DNA from: Deltaproteobacteria bacterium
GTDB lineage: Bacteria > Myxococcota_A > Polyangia > Fen-1088
Length of the DNA: 64,000 nt
Assembly: GCA_033763315.1 (NCBI GenBank)
Contig: JANRKS010000031.1
Location: 239,015 to 303,014 of the forward strand
Direction of reading: 5' to 3'
The notes below the pieces were generated by a model. The model was not told the DNA's origin. It worked only from the letters and a program-made list of their open reading frames with translations, and made no database searches. Position numbers and translations under genes: made by a program. Shown piece after piece: positions 45,894 to 55,020 of this stretch (the first letter of the stretch is position 1; each line of letters starts with the position of its first letter).

Positions 45894-48800
45894 ATGGCCA
45901 CCAGCCTCCTTCGCTTCACGCCCACAGCCCTCAGTGGCTTCTTCGAGTGCCACCGTAAAACGTGGCTCGATATGTCCGTTGCCCGCGGTGAACGTGACAT
46001 GCCCGGGCAAAGTGAGATTGAACGACGGCTTTTGGAGATTCGTGGCGCTGCGCACGAAGCTTTCGTGCTTGAGCAATTCAAGACACGGAAGTTAAACGTT
46101 ATCGAAATTGGGCGTGCAGCACCGACGACCGAAGGTCGCAAGCAGCAAGCATTAGAAACCCTTGCTGCGATGTCATCTGGCGCCGATGTCATTTACCAAG
46201 GCCTGATCGAGGTCGACAATTGGGTTGGTTACCCTGATTTTCTGCTCAAGACTCAAGGCCATAGCCACTTTGGAAATTACTCCTACGAGGTGTTGGACGC
46301 CAAGTTGGCGAAGGCCACGAAGGCCCAAGCAATCATCCAGCTCTGCGTCTACACCGAGCACCTTGGCAACGTGCAGGGCGCCCTGCCCGAATATTTCTGG
46401 ATCGCTCCGGGCGGTCTTGAGCCAAGTCCCGTGCGCTATCGCTTCGCTGACTACGCCGCCTACTACCGTAGGGCGCGTGCTGCGTTTGAAGCGTTCGTCC
46501 AGCGTGACGATCAAGACGAGCCCTATCCCGAGCCAGTCGAACATTGTGACGTATGTAAATGGTGGTCCTCGTGCGAGAAGCGAAGGCGAGACGACGACCA
46601 CCTTTCGCTGGTCGCAAACATCACGCGGCGGCAGCGTGAGCGGTTCATAGACCACGGGGTGACGAAGTTGGCGACGTTGGGTGCGCTCGACGCCACAGTA
46701 AAGGTGCGCGGCATAGAGCCTGCGCCTTTGGCGCGAGCAAGGGAGCAGGCCCGAATACAGGCGCAAGGGAGGCAGGAGGGCGGGGTCATATACGAGCTTT
46801 TGACCAATGCAGATCCGGGCAGCGGGCTTGAGCGGCTACCCAAGCCAACGCCCGGAGACGTCTTCTTGGATTTGGAAGGCGACGCCTTCGCCTTTGGCCA
46901 CGGACTCAACTACCTGTTTGGCATCGTGCAACTTGGTGACCCTCCCACGGACTTCGTTGAGCGTACGCATGCACACCCCCCGCGTTATGTGAAGTATTGG
47001 GCCACGAATCCGCAAGAGGAGAAGGCTGCCTTCGAAGCCGTGATCAAACGCATCAAGCAATGGCGTGATGATTTTCCAGACATGCATGTTTTTCACTTTG
47101 GCCACCGCGAGGCGGATGCGCTGAAAACCCTGGCATGTCGCTATGCCACGTGTGAGAAGCAGGTTGACGAACTTCTTCGTGACCAGGTTCTGGTTGATCT
47201 GCACGCCGTGACCAAGAAGGCCATTCGCGCTTCGGTCGAGGGTTACACGCTAAAGCAGCTGGAAGTTCTGTTCGGATTCGAGCGCAAGACGCCCAAGCGT
47301 TTGGCTGCAGAAGCCATGCAGCTGTTCGGCTGGTGGCTTGAGGTGAGGGCAGAAGAGCCGAAGCTTGACGAGTTCCGCGCGACGATTGAGCGGTACAACG
47401 AAGACGACTGCATGGCGACGTGGCATCTGCGCAACTGGCTTGAGGCTCGTCGCCCTGAACTATCAGCTTTACTCAACAGGGATCTTGCACGGCCTTCGTT
47501 CGAGAAAAGGCCTGCTACGGAAGCGGCGAAAGAGAGACAGGCGGCAGTTGCCCACCTTGAACAGTCTCTTCGTGCAGGCGTGTCCACTGATGCGCCCCTT
47601 GGCAGTGCCAGATCCGCCAAGCGCCTGTTGGCGGATCTGCTTTCATGGCATTGGCGCGAACAAAAATCGGCACATTGGGAACACTACTCTGCGAAGGATG
47701 TTCAGCCCAGCGATCGAGCCGAAAACCGCTTAGTTCTCTCAGGCTTGTCATACGAAGGCGTTGTGGGTGAGATTAAGCAGTCGTTGATTCACCGATACAG
47801 GTTTCCGTCGGACCAGGATCACGTCATTCGCCGGTACCCCGGCGCTATCGATCCGGACACTAATAAATCTGCCAACGTGGTTGCGATCGGACCGGATTTC
47901 GTCGACATCAGCAGATGGAAGAAATTGATCGAGCCACACCCAACGGCTCTGATACCTGGGAAGCCGAAATACAACGAGGATCGGGAAGGACGTCTACGTT
48001 CGTTGGCTGATTCGATCATTCGCTTCGGGCTCGACGAAGCTAAACCCTTCCCAGCCAGCCGAGCCTTACTTTTGGGGTTGCCCCCGGACGTTGGGCAGGA
48101 GCCGGGCGCTCCGTTGCTCCCAGAAGACGCCGACACGGTTGACGGTATTACCGATTTGATGCTGCGTCTCAAGCAGGGCGTACTGGCAGTTCAAGGTCCC
48201 CCTGGTTCTGGCAAAACGTACCGGGCCGCGCGCGCTATCAAGGCGTTGCTTACGGGAAGAAAAGTGGGCGTCACTGCTAACAGCCACTCAGTGGTCAAGA
48301 AGCTGCTGCAGGAAGTGGTTGTGGAATGTCGTAAAGATGGTGTCCAGGTAGGTGCTCATCATTTGGAAAAAGACGAGAAGGGTGAAAGCGAAGATTTTTT
48401 CGTCATCGCCAAGGACTACCCCGGGGTGGAGAAAGGTCTGGCCGGCGGGACGATAAATCTGGTTGGCGGAACATCGTTCGCATGGTCTCGGCCCTCGTTC
48501 GAGAACATCGTTGATGTGCTGGTGGTCGACGAGGCGGGGCAGATGTCATTGGCAAATGCGTTGGCGGTTGCTGCTGCGGCGCCCGCGTTGCTGCTCGTAG
48601 GAGACCCTGCTCAGCTTGATCAGCCTCAAAAGGGTGTCCATCCGAACGGTGCGGACGTATCAGCGCTTGAGCACTGGTTGGGAGACGCTGCCACCATGCC
48701 CGCCGACCGCGGTGTCCTCCTGCGTGAAACGCGGAGGCTTCACCCCGAGATCACGCGGTTTACGTCCGAGGTTTTCTACGAAGGCAAGCTTACGTCGATG

Positions 48801-49355
48801 CCGGCTTTGCTTCAGCGACGAATTGATGGTGCCGGAATGTTCCAAGGTGCTGGCCTACGCGTGGCGTTGGTTGAGCATCGAGGAAACACGAGCCGTGCCG
48901 ACGAAGAGGTCGCTGCGATCAAGGTGATGATCGAAGGGCTCCTTGCCAGCGGCGCCACCCAAGTGGATGACATGGGCGTTCAAGGCAATGTTCGCGCCAA
49001 GGATTTAATGGTGATTGCGCCGTACAATTCCCAAGTGGCGGCTTTGAAGGAGGCGCTGCCGGACGGTGTAGCGATCGGCACGGTCGACAAATTTCAGGGC
49101 CAAGAGGCGGCCATTGTCTTTTATTCGATGACTACATCAAGCGGGCAAGAAGCTCCGAGAGGGCTCGAGTTTTTGTTCAGCATGAACAGGTTGAACGTTG
49201 CAACGTCGAGGGCAAAAACGTTGGTGGTGGTGGTGGCCAGTGCGGCGCTGCTTTATGTTCGATGTCGCACGCCGCGACAGATGAAGTTGGTCAATGCCTT
49301 GTGCCGGTATGCCGAGATGGCCGGAGAGATCTACGCTCCATCGCCACCCAGTTGA
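45894..49355 (+). CDS. TM0106-family RecB-like nuclease / RNase H-like / UPF1-like SF1 helicase
   Basis: GYPDFL..DAK..QLCVY, C..C.W...C, FLDLEG, QGPPGSGKT, VDEAGQ, TVDKFQGQE, NRLNVATSRAK. Confidence 0.92.
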   Translation: MATSLLRFTPTALSGFFECHRKTWLDMSVARGERDMPGQSEIERRLLEIRGAAHEAFVLEQFKTRKLNVIEIGRAAPTTEGRKQQALETLAAMSSGADVIYQGLIEVDNWVGYPDFLLKTQGHSHFGNYSYEVLDAKLAKATKAQAIIQLCVYTEHLGNVQGALPEYFWIAPGGLEPSPVRYRFADYAAYYRRARAAFEAFVQRDDQDEPYPEPVEHCDVCKWWSSCEKRRRDDDHLSLVANITRRQRERFIDHGVTKLATLGALDATVKVRGIEPAPLARAREQARIQAQGRQEGGVIYELLTNADPGSGLERLPKPTPGDVFLDLEGDAFAFGHGLNYLFGIVQLGDPPTDFVERTHAHPPRYVKYWATNPQEEKAAFEAVIKRIKQWRDDFPDMHVFHFGHREADALKTLACRYATCEKQVDELLRDQVLVDLHAVTKKAIRASVEGYTLKQLEVLFGFERKTPKRLAAEAMQLFGWWLEVRAEEPKLDEFRATIERYNEDDCMATWHLRNWLEARRPELSALLNRDLARPSFEKRPATEAAKERQAAVAHLEQSLRAGVSTDAPLGSARSAKRLLADLLSWHWREQKSAHWEHYSAKDVQPSDRAENRLVLSGLSYEGVVGEIKQSLIHRYRFPSDQDHVIRRYPGAIDPDTNKSANVVAIGPDFVDISRWKKLIEPHPTALIPGKPKYNEDREGRLRSLADSIIRFGLDEAKPFPASRALLLGLPPDVGQEPGAPLLPEDADTVDGITDLMLRLKQGVLAVQGPPGSGKTYRAARAIKALLTGRKVGVTANSHSVVKKLLQEVVVECRKDGVQVGAHHLEKDEKGESEDFFVIAKDYPGVEKGLAGGTINLVGGTSFAWSRPSFENIVDVLVVDEAGQMSLANALAVAAAAPALLLVGDPAQLDQPQKGVHPNGADVSALEHWLGDAATMPADRGVLLRETRRLHPEITRFTSEVFYEGKLTSMPALLQRRIDGAGMFQGAGLRVALVEHRGNTSRADEEVAAIKVMIEGLLASGATQVDDMGVQGNVRAKDLMVIAPYNSQVAALKEALPDGVAIGTVDKFQGQEAAIVFYSMTTSSGQEAPRGLEFLFSMNRLNVATSRAKTLVVVVASAALLYVRCRTPRQMKLVNALCRYAEMAGEIYAPSPPS

Positions 49356-49703
49356 TTGGCGGTGAACAAACGACTCTTTCGACCACCGCCGTGAAAGCTC
49401 CGGCATTTGCCTGCGCTTCGAAATGTCCTTTGGCGCAGCGCGCAAGACCGAGAGTTTCTTTGCGGCGCCGGCGAATTTCACCCGGACGTCCGTCAATCCT
49501 TTATGATGCGGGCCGGCCACCATGTACATGCCGCGAAATATTGGGACCTGCGACTTGCGAAGCGCCCCCTGCCCAACCGACCGCGTAACATCAGCGACCG
49601 CTCGAAGCCGCACTTGCTGGCTGGATGTTTTCCATACTCGCCCGACTGTGCTAGGTCGCGCGGTACGTGGTGGATGTTTTCAGAGACCCGGGGAAGCCTG
49701 GAA

Positions 49704-52283
49704 GTGATCGAGTCCCTTTTCGCGCGCGTCGGCTTCTCGCCGAACGAGAACCAGCGCCACGCTATCGAGCACCTCGACGGCCCTTTGTTCTTGGTAGCGG
49801 GCCCGGGTTCGGGCAAGACCCGCGTCTTGCTATGGCGCGTGGTGAACATGGTCGTCTTCCACGGCGTCGCGCCACAGTCGATCTTCCTCAGTACCTTTAC
49901 CGAAAAGGCGGCGAAGCAGCTCCAGGATGGCCTCGTGTCGCTACTTGGCCTCGCCAGTGAACAGACCGGAAAACCGTACGACCTCTCGGGCATGTACGTC
50001 GGGACGGTGCACTCCCTGTGCCACCGTCTGCTTCAAGACCGCACGTTGGTCGCTGCCCGAGAGCGCTTCGCATCACCAGCCGTGCTCGACGAGTTGGACC
50101 AGTACTTCACGCTGACGCAGGGCTCGTTCTGGACGGAGGCTATTAAACACATCGGCTTCGACGGCGAGGTACCAGCGTTCCGAGAAACCTTGAGCGCGCA
50201 GTTCGACCCGCCTGCGTCGGCTAGCCGCCACAAGGCGGTGATGAACCTCCAGTCCCTGTTCAACCGGCTCTCGGAAGAAGACCTCGACCCAAAGGAGATC
50301 CTCGAGAAGGCGCCGGCCGAAAACGCGCAGCTTTTTCACCTCTACCAGCTTTATCGCGATCGACTGGGCAAGAACCGTGTCGACCTTTCGCTCCTTCAGC
50401 GCGCGGCATACCGTTCGCTCCTCGCGAGCGATGCCACTATGCACCGGTTCAAGCACGTCATCGTTGACGAGTACCAGGACACGAACACGATACAAGAACG
50501 CATTTTCTTCCGACTCGGGGGTGGCTCGAAGAACGTCTGCGTCGTCGGCGACGATGACCAGGCACTCTATCGGTTCCGTGGTGCCACGGTAGAGAACTTC
50601 GTCGAGTTCCCGAAACGCTGTGCAGGGTCGCTAGGCGTCGCGCCGCGCAGGATCGAGCTGGGCATCAATTACCGGTCAAGGCGTGGCATCGTCCAGGCAT
50701 ACACTTCGTTTATCACACAACACGACTGGTCTCGTCCCGGCGGGGGCCAGTTCCGCCTGAATGATAAGGGTGTGCGGGCCCAGAGCACTGACGATGGCAC
50801 CTCGGTGGTGGCCAGTGCTCCGGGCAAGCCCGTCGACCTCGTCGATGAGATTGCAACCTTATGCCGCCGGCTGGTCGATGAGAAGGTCGTGGCCGATCCG
50901 AATCAGATCGCATTTCTGTTTCCAACTCTCAAGAGCACAATCGTCGAGCCCTTCGAGGAGGCACTCGGCCGGGTAGGTCTCCGCGTCTATGCTCCGCGCG
51001 CCAAGCGTTTCCTTGAGGCTGACGAGCCAACCCTCATCATCGGACTTTTTACCCGCGTTCTCGGAAAGCCACCACGTAACGAGGCGTTTGACCGGGGCGA
51101 GTACGGAGAGTTCCACTCCTGGCTCGACAGCGCGGCCACTGTGGCCGACTTACTGATGGCGAGCGACCCGACGTTGCGCGACTTCGTTTCCGAGCGAGTC
51201 GCGGAGCTGAACGCTATCAAGCGGGATTTCAGTGCGCTGAAGGCGGTCCTCGATCAAGCGGGATGGAGCGAGGACGAGCTCTACAACCCGGACACCCACA
51301 AGCGACCGTTACTCAACGCGGCGGCACTATCGGGCGACGCTCGGCGCGCGCTCGGTGGGGCGGGCTTGGAGAAACTCTTCAGGGATCGCATCGAGAACGA
51401 CAACCCGCTCAATCTTCGCAACGTCATCAGCCGTGCGACGACTGCCGACTGGGGGATACTGGATCTCTTCTACCGGTTTCTTGGCTTCCAACGATTCCGA
51501 GAGATGATCGACCTTGCCGATGGTGGCACCGACGAGGCGCCCGTGTGTAATCTTGGGCTAACGAGCCAACTACTCGCGCGATACGTCGACACGTTCCCGC
51601 CGCTAATCACCGGTCAGGGCCTCGCGACGGAAATGCTCCAGCGGGGCTTCTTCCAAGCCTTCCTTTTTGCGCTCTTCCGCATGGGTGAAGGCGAGTACGA
51701 AGACGCCGAAGATCCGTTCCCTCGCGGGCGCATCCCGTTCCTCACCATCCATCAGAGCAAGGGGCTCGAGTTCCCAGTCGTCGTCCTTGGCAGCGCGCGA
51801 ACCAACCGCCGCACGCGCAGGGTCGAGGAGCTAGTGCGCCCCTTCTTGTCGTCCGGTGGTGAGCCGCTCGACCGCATGCCAGGGTTCGACGCGATGCGAA
51901 TGTTCTACGTGGCGCTTTCGCGCGCGCAGAACCTGCTCGTTCTTGCGCACCCGAAGGGACAGGGCCAGAAGGTCGACGCCGAGTTCCACGATTTGATGCG
52001 CACCGCTGCGCCCATCGCCGGCTTCGACGTGCGTTCCGTGCCGAAGGCGAAGCAGGAGCCCAACGCCGCCGTCCGCCGATTCAGCTACACCAGCGACTAC
52101 CTGGCCTACCAGCGGTGCCCGCGCCAGTACATGCTCTTTGAGCGCTACGGCTTCGCGGCCAGCCGCACGCAGACAATGTTTTTTGGCAGTTTGGTGCATG
52201 CCACGATCGAAGATCTGCACCACCGGATGATTGCGGCGCGCAAGGCGAAGAAAGCGACGCAACAGGCGGGAGGTACGACGTGA
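49704..52283 (+). CDS. UvrD/PcrA-like SF1 helicase ending in the first segment of a PD-(D/E)XK domain
   Basis: AGPGSGKT, VDEYQD, VGDDDQALYRFRGA, NYRS, TIHQSKGLEF, FYVALSRA; tail FSYTS..Y.RCPRQY..FGSLVH. Confidence 0.93.
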   Translation: MIESLFARVGFSPNENQRHAIEHLDGPLFLVAGPGSGKTRVLLWRVVNMVVFHGVAPQSIFLSTFTEKAAKQLQDGLVSLLGLASEQTGKPYDLSGMYVGTVHSLCHRLLQDRTLVAARERFASPAVLDELDQYFTLTQGSFWTEAIKHIGFDGEVPAFRETLSAQFDPPASASRHKAVMNLQSLFNRLSEEDLDPKEILEKAPAENAQLFHLYQLYRDRLGKNRVDLSLLQRAAYRSLLASDATMHRFKHVIVDEYQDTNTIQERIFFRLGGGSKNVCVVGDDDQALYRFRGATVENFVEFPKRCAGSLGVAPRRIELGINYRSRRGIVQAYTSFITQHDWSRPGGGQFRLNDKGVRAQSTDDGTSVVASAPGKPVDLVDEIATLCRRLVDEKVVADPNQIAFLFPTLKSTIVEPFEEALGRVGLRVYAPRAKRFLEADEPTLIIGLFTRVLGKPPRNEAFDRGEYGEFHSWLDSAATVADLLMASDPTLRDFVSERVAELNAIKRDFSALKAVLDQAGWSEDELYNPDTHKRPLLNAAALSGDARRALGGAGLEKLFRDRIENDNPLNLRNVISRATTADWGILDLFYRFLGFQRFREMIDLADGGTDEAPVCNLGLTSQLLARYVDTFPPLITGQGLATEMLQRGFFQAFLFALFRMGEGEYEDAEDPFPRGRIPFLTIHQSKGLEFPVVVLGSARTNRRTRRVEELVRPFLSSGGEPLDRMPGFDAMRMFYVALSRAQNLLVLAHPKGQGQKVDAEFHDLMRTAAPIAGFDVRSVPKAKQEPNAAVRRFSYTSDYLAYQRCPRQYMLFERYGFAASRTQTMFFGSLVHATIEDLHHRMIAARKAKKATQQAGGTT

Positions 52284-53146
52284 GTTGGGAGACGCCGCTT
52301 TCCGATGACGAACGTTTCCTCATGGACGCTTTCGAAGCAAACTTCGAGCGACTGCGGGAGGACGCGGGCAGATCGCTGGCGCCGTTCACCAAGGCGTCGG
52401 CGCGCCAACAGGTGCTGCTCTATTACCGGCGCCTTCGCGAGTTGGCAGCGCAGGTCGACGAGACGGAAGTGCGCCTTGTGCTTCCCGAACAGACGAGCCC
52501 TGCCGGCCGACAGTACACCATCGAGGGTGTGGTCGACATCGTCGAGGACGGAATCTCGACGGTCATGTACGACTTGAAGACCTATCTCGATGCTGACGCC
52601 GCGCGGGATCAGGTTGAGCCGCACTACCGCCAACTTAACGTCTACGCGCACATCTGGAAGGGGCTGCGCGGCAGGCACCTCGATAAAGTGGCCGTTATTG
52701 CTACTCGGCCCACTCGTCCTCTTAACCGCGCGCTGCGCGCTGGCGATCCCGCCAAGATCGAAGCCGCAATCGAAGCGTGGAACCCGGTGCTCGAGGTGCC
52801 CGTGGATGGGGACGTTGTCGCAGAGGTGATAGAGAGCTTCGGGCACGTCGTAGACCTCATTGAGGACCGCAAGTTCACCCCGCCCAGCCTCGAAGTGCTC
52901 AAGGCACCCTCACGTCCGGACGGCAAGGTGCCCTTCGCCCAGGACGTGTGCCTGAATTGCGACGCGCGCTTCGGCTGCGCCTCGTACCGTCAACTCATTC
53001 GCGCGCAGTCGCCCGGCCGAGCGGACCAGGCTCTGCGCGAAGCAAGCGCCGACTTCGGCGGCGACGCAGAGAAGCAAGACTGGCGCGACAGCGGTGTGAT
53101 CGCGACAGCGCGCATTGACGTGGAAGATGAGGAAACGAGCGCATGA
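52280..53146 (+). CDS. PD-(D/E)XK nuclease, C-terminal part of an AddB/Cas4-like domain
   Basis: TEV.L..EGVVD..YDLKT..QLNVYA..CLNCDARFGC; GTGA overlap with SD GGAGG. Confidence 0.85.
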   Translation: MSWETPLSDDERFLMDAFEANFERLREDAGRSLAPFTKASARQQVLLYYRRLRELAAQVDETEVRLVLPEQTSPAGRQYTIEGVVDIVEDGISTVMYDLKTYLDADAARDQVEPHYRQLNVYAHIWKGLRGRHLDKVAVIATRPTRPLNRALRAGDPAKIEAAIEAWNPVLEVPVDGDVVAEVIESFGHVVDLIEDRKFTPPSLEVLKAPSRPDGKVPFAQDVCLNCDARFGCASYRQLIRAQSPGRADQALREASADFGGDAEKQDWRDSGVIATARIDVEDEETSA

Positions 53147-55008
53147 AACCTGAGAAGATCGAACGTCGTCCGAGCAGCGAAGAACGCATCGAGGTGCTCC
53201 GAGACCTGTTTCCCGAGGTGTTGACGGACGGCCGGGTGAACGTCGATCGCCTTCGTGAGCTTCTGGAAGGCGACGCAAGTGATGCTTCTGACACAGATTA
53301 CTATGGCCTTCGTTGGCCCGGCAAGCTTCAGGCCAGGAGGCTCGCCAATCAAGCGTCGCACGTGACCTTGCGCCCCGTTCCAAAGGCAGGAATCGCCGAG
53401 GACGCCACCGGAAATATGGTTATTGTTGGTGACAACTTGCAGGTGCTGTTGACCCTGCAGAAAAGTTACGCCAACTCCATCAAGCTCATTTACATTGACC
53501 CTCCGTACAACACGGGGAGCGACTTCATCTACAAGGACACGTTTGCTGTCGATGAGGAACTCTACTTGCAGGAAACCCGACAGGCCGACCTACAGGGGCG
53601 CCTCGTGTCAAATCCGCAAACGGGCGGTCGCTTTCACTCGAGCTGGCTGAACTTCATGTATCCGCGCCTAGCTGTCGCGCGGTCTCTGTTGTCGGATACT
53701 GGATCACTTTGGATCTCGATTGATGACAAGGAGCGCAGCAACCTCTGTGCGATCTGCGATGAGATTTTTGGCGAAGAAAACCGCGTAGCGACCTTTGTCT
53801 GGGAGAAACGGACAACTCGAGAGAACCGGAAGGTATTCTCAGTCAATCACGACTACGTCGTCTGCTACGCCCGAAATAAAGAGCAGTTTCAGACGGAGCG
53901 CCGAATGCTCCCGCTTAGCGAGGATGTCCTTGGCCGCTACGAAAACCCTGACAACGATCCAAGAGGTGATTGGCAATCCGTCTCACTAAACGCGCAGGCT
54001 GGCCATGCGACGAAAGACCAATTCTACGAGCTGACGCTTCCCAGCGGTCGAAAAGTTAGCGCGCCCCCAGGCCGTTGTTGGGTCGTAACGAAACGGAGGA
54101 TGGAGGAGCTAATCGTGGACAACCGCGTATGGTTTGGTGCGAAAGGCGACAATACTCCCCGAAGGAAGGCGTTTCTTTCGGAGGCCCGTGAGGGCTTGAC
54201 CCCGCACACCCTCTGGACGGCTGAGGAAGTGGGAACGAACGACTCTGCCAAGAAGGCGTTGATGAACCTTTTCGGTGGTATAGAAGCCTTCGACACGCCG
54301 AAACCCGTCGAGCTAATCCGACGTATTGTGCAGATCGCAACAAATAAGGATGAGGGAGACATCGTCCTGGATTTTTTCGCGGGATCTGGGACCACAGGAC
54401 ACAGTGTCTGGGTTGAAAACCAGGCACAAAATTCCAATAGGCGCTTCATACTCGTGCAGCTCGATGCACCCGTCGATGAGAAGTCAGCCAGTGGCAAGGC
54501 TGTCCTCGATGCCGGGCTAGATACGATCGACAAGATCACGTGCGAGCGCCTGCGCCGCGTCTCGAAGGCGATGAAGTCTGAGGGTGTAGAGGGCGATTTT
54601 GGATTCCGGGTTTTCAAGGAAGACTCGCCCGCGCTTGCGCGCCCGCTGCACCTCGCCGCCGAGCAGCTCGAAAAGGGTCAGCTGGCGATGTTCAGGGAGA
54701 AGTTGGCGCACGTGCAGCCGGGCGACCTTTTCACCGAGGTGCTGCTTCTCCTCGGCTTCCCGCTCGATACCCACCGCGAGCAAGTACCCCAGGATTCGGC
54801 GAACACTCTGTGGCGCTTCGAACACTCGCGTGTGCTGCAGCCGCTTCTACTCTGCCTCGACCCGAAGATCGACGACGATCTCCTCGATGCGCTCCGGGAC
54901 AAGAAGAATCATATCTTCGTCTGCCGCGACGAGGCTCTCACGGATGTGGCTAAGGCTCGGTTCTACGACGCGCTAAAGGTAGCCGACGCCACCTTCAAGG
55001 TCCTCTGA
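53143..55008 (+). CDS. mod: Type III restriction-modification methyltransferase
   Basis: YGLRWPGK, GDNL, IYIDPPYNTG, HSSWLNFMYPRL, TPKP, LDFFAGSGTT. Confidence 0.95.
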   Translation: MKPEKIERRPSSEERIEVLRDLFPEVLTDGRVNVDRLRELLEGDASDASDTDYYGLRWPGKLQARRLANQASHVTLRPVPKAGIAEDATGNMVIVGDNLQVLLTLQKSYANSIKLIYIDPPYNTGSDFIYKDTFAVDEELYLQETRQADLQGRLVSNPQTGGRFHSSWLNFMYPRLAVARSLLSDTGSLWISIDDKERSNLCAICDEIFGEENRVATFVWEKRTTRENRKVFSVNHDYVVCYARNKEQFQTERRMLPLSEDVLGRYENPDNDPRGDWQSVSLNAQAGHATKDQFYELTLPSGRKVSAPPGRCWVVTKRRMEELIVDNRVWFGAKGDNTPRRKAFLSEAREGLTPHTLWTAEEVGTNDSAKKALMNLFGGIEAFDTPKPVELIRRIVQIATNKDEGDIVLDFFAGSGTTGHSVWVENQAQNSNRRFILVQLDAPVDEKSASGKAVLDAGLDTIDKITCERLRRVSKAMKSEGVEGDFGFRVFKEDSPALARPLHLAAEQLEKGQLAMFREKLAHVQPGDLFTEVLLLLGFPLDTHREQVPQDSANTLWRFEHSRVLQPLLLCLDPKIDDDLLDALRDKKNHIFVCRDEALTDVAKARFYDALKVADATFKVL

Positions 55009-55020
55009 GGCGACTGGAGC

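Noticed and set aside
49407-49703. N-terminal extension of the UvrD helicase
   Set aside because: No helicase-like sequence before the Q-motif region; a start near 49674-49704 is more plausible.
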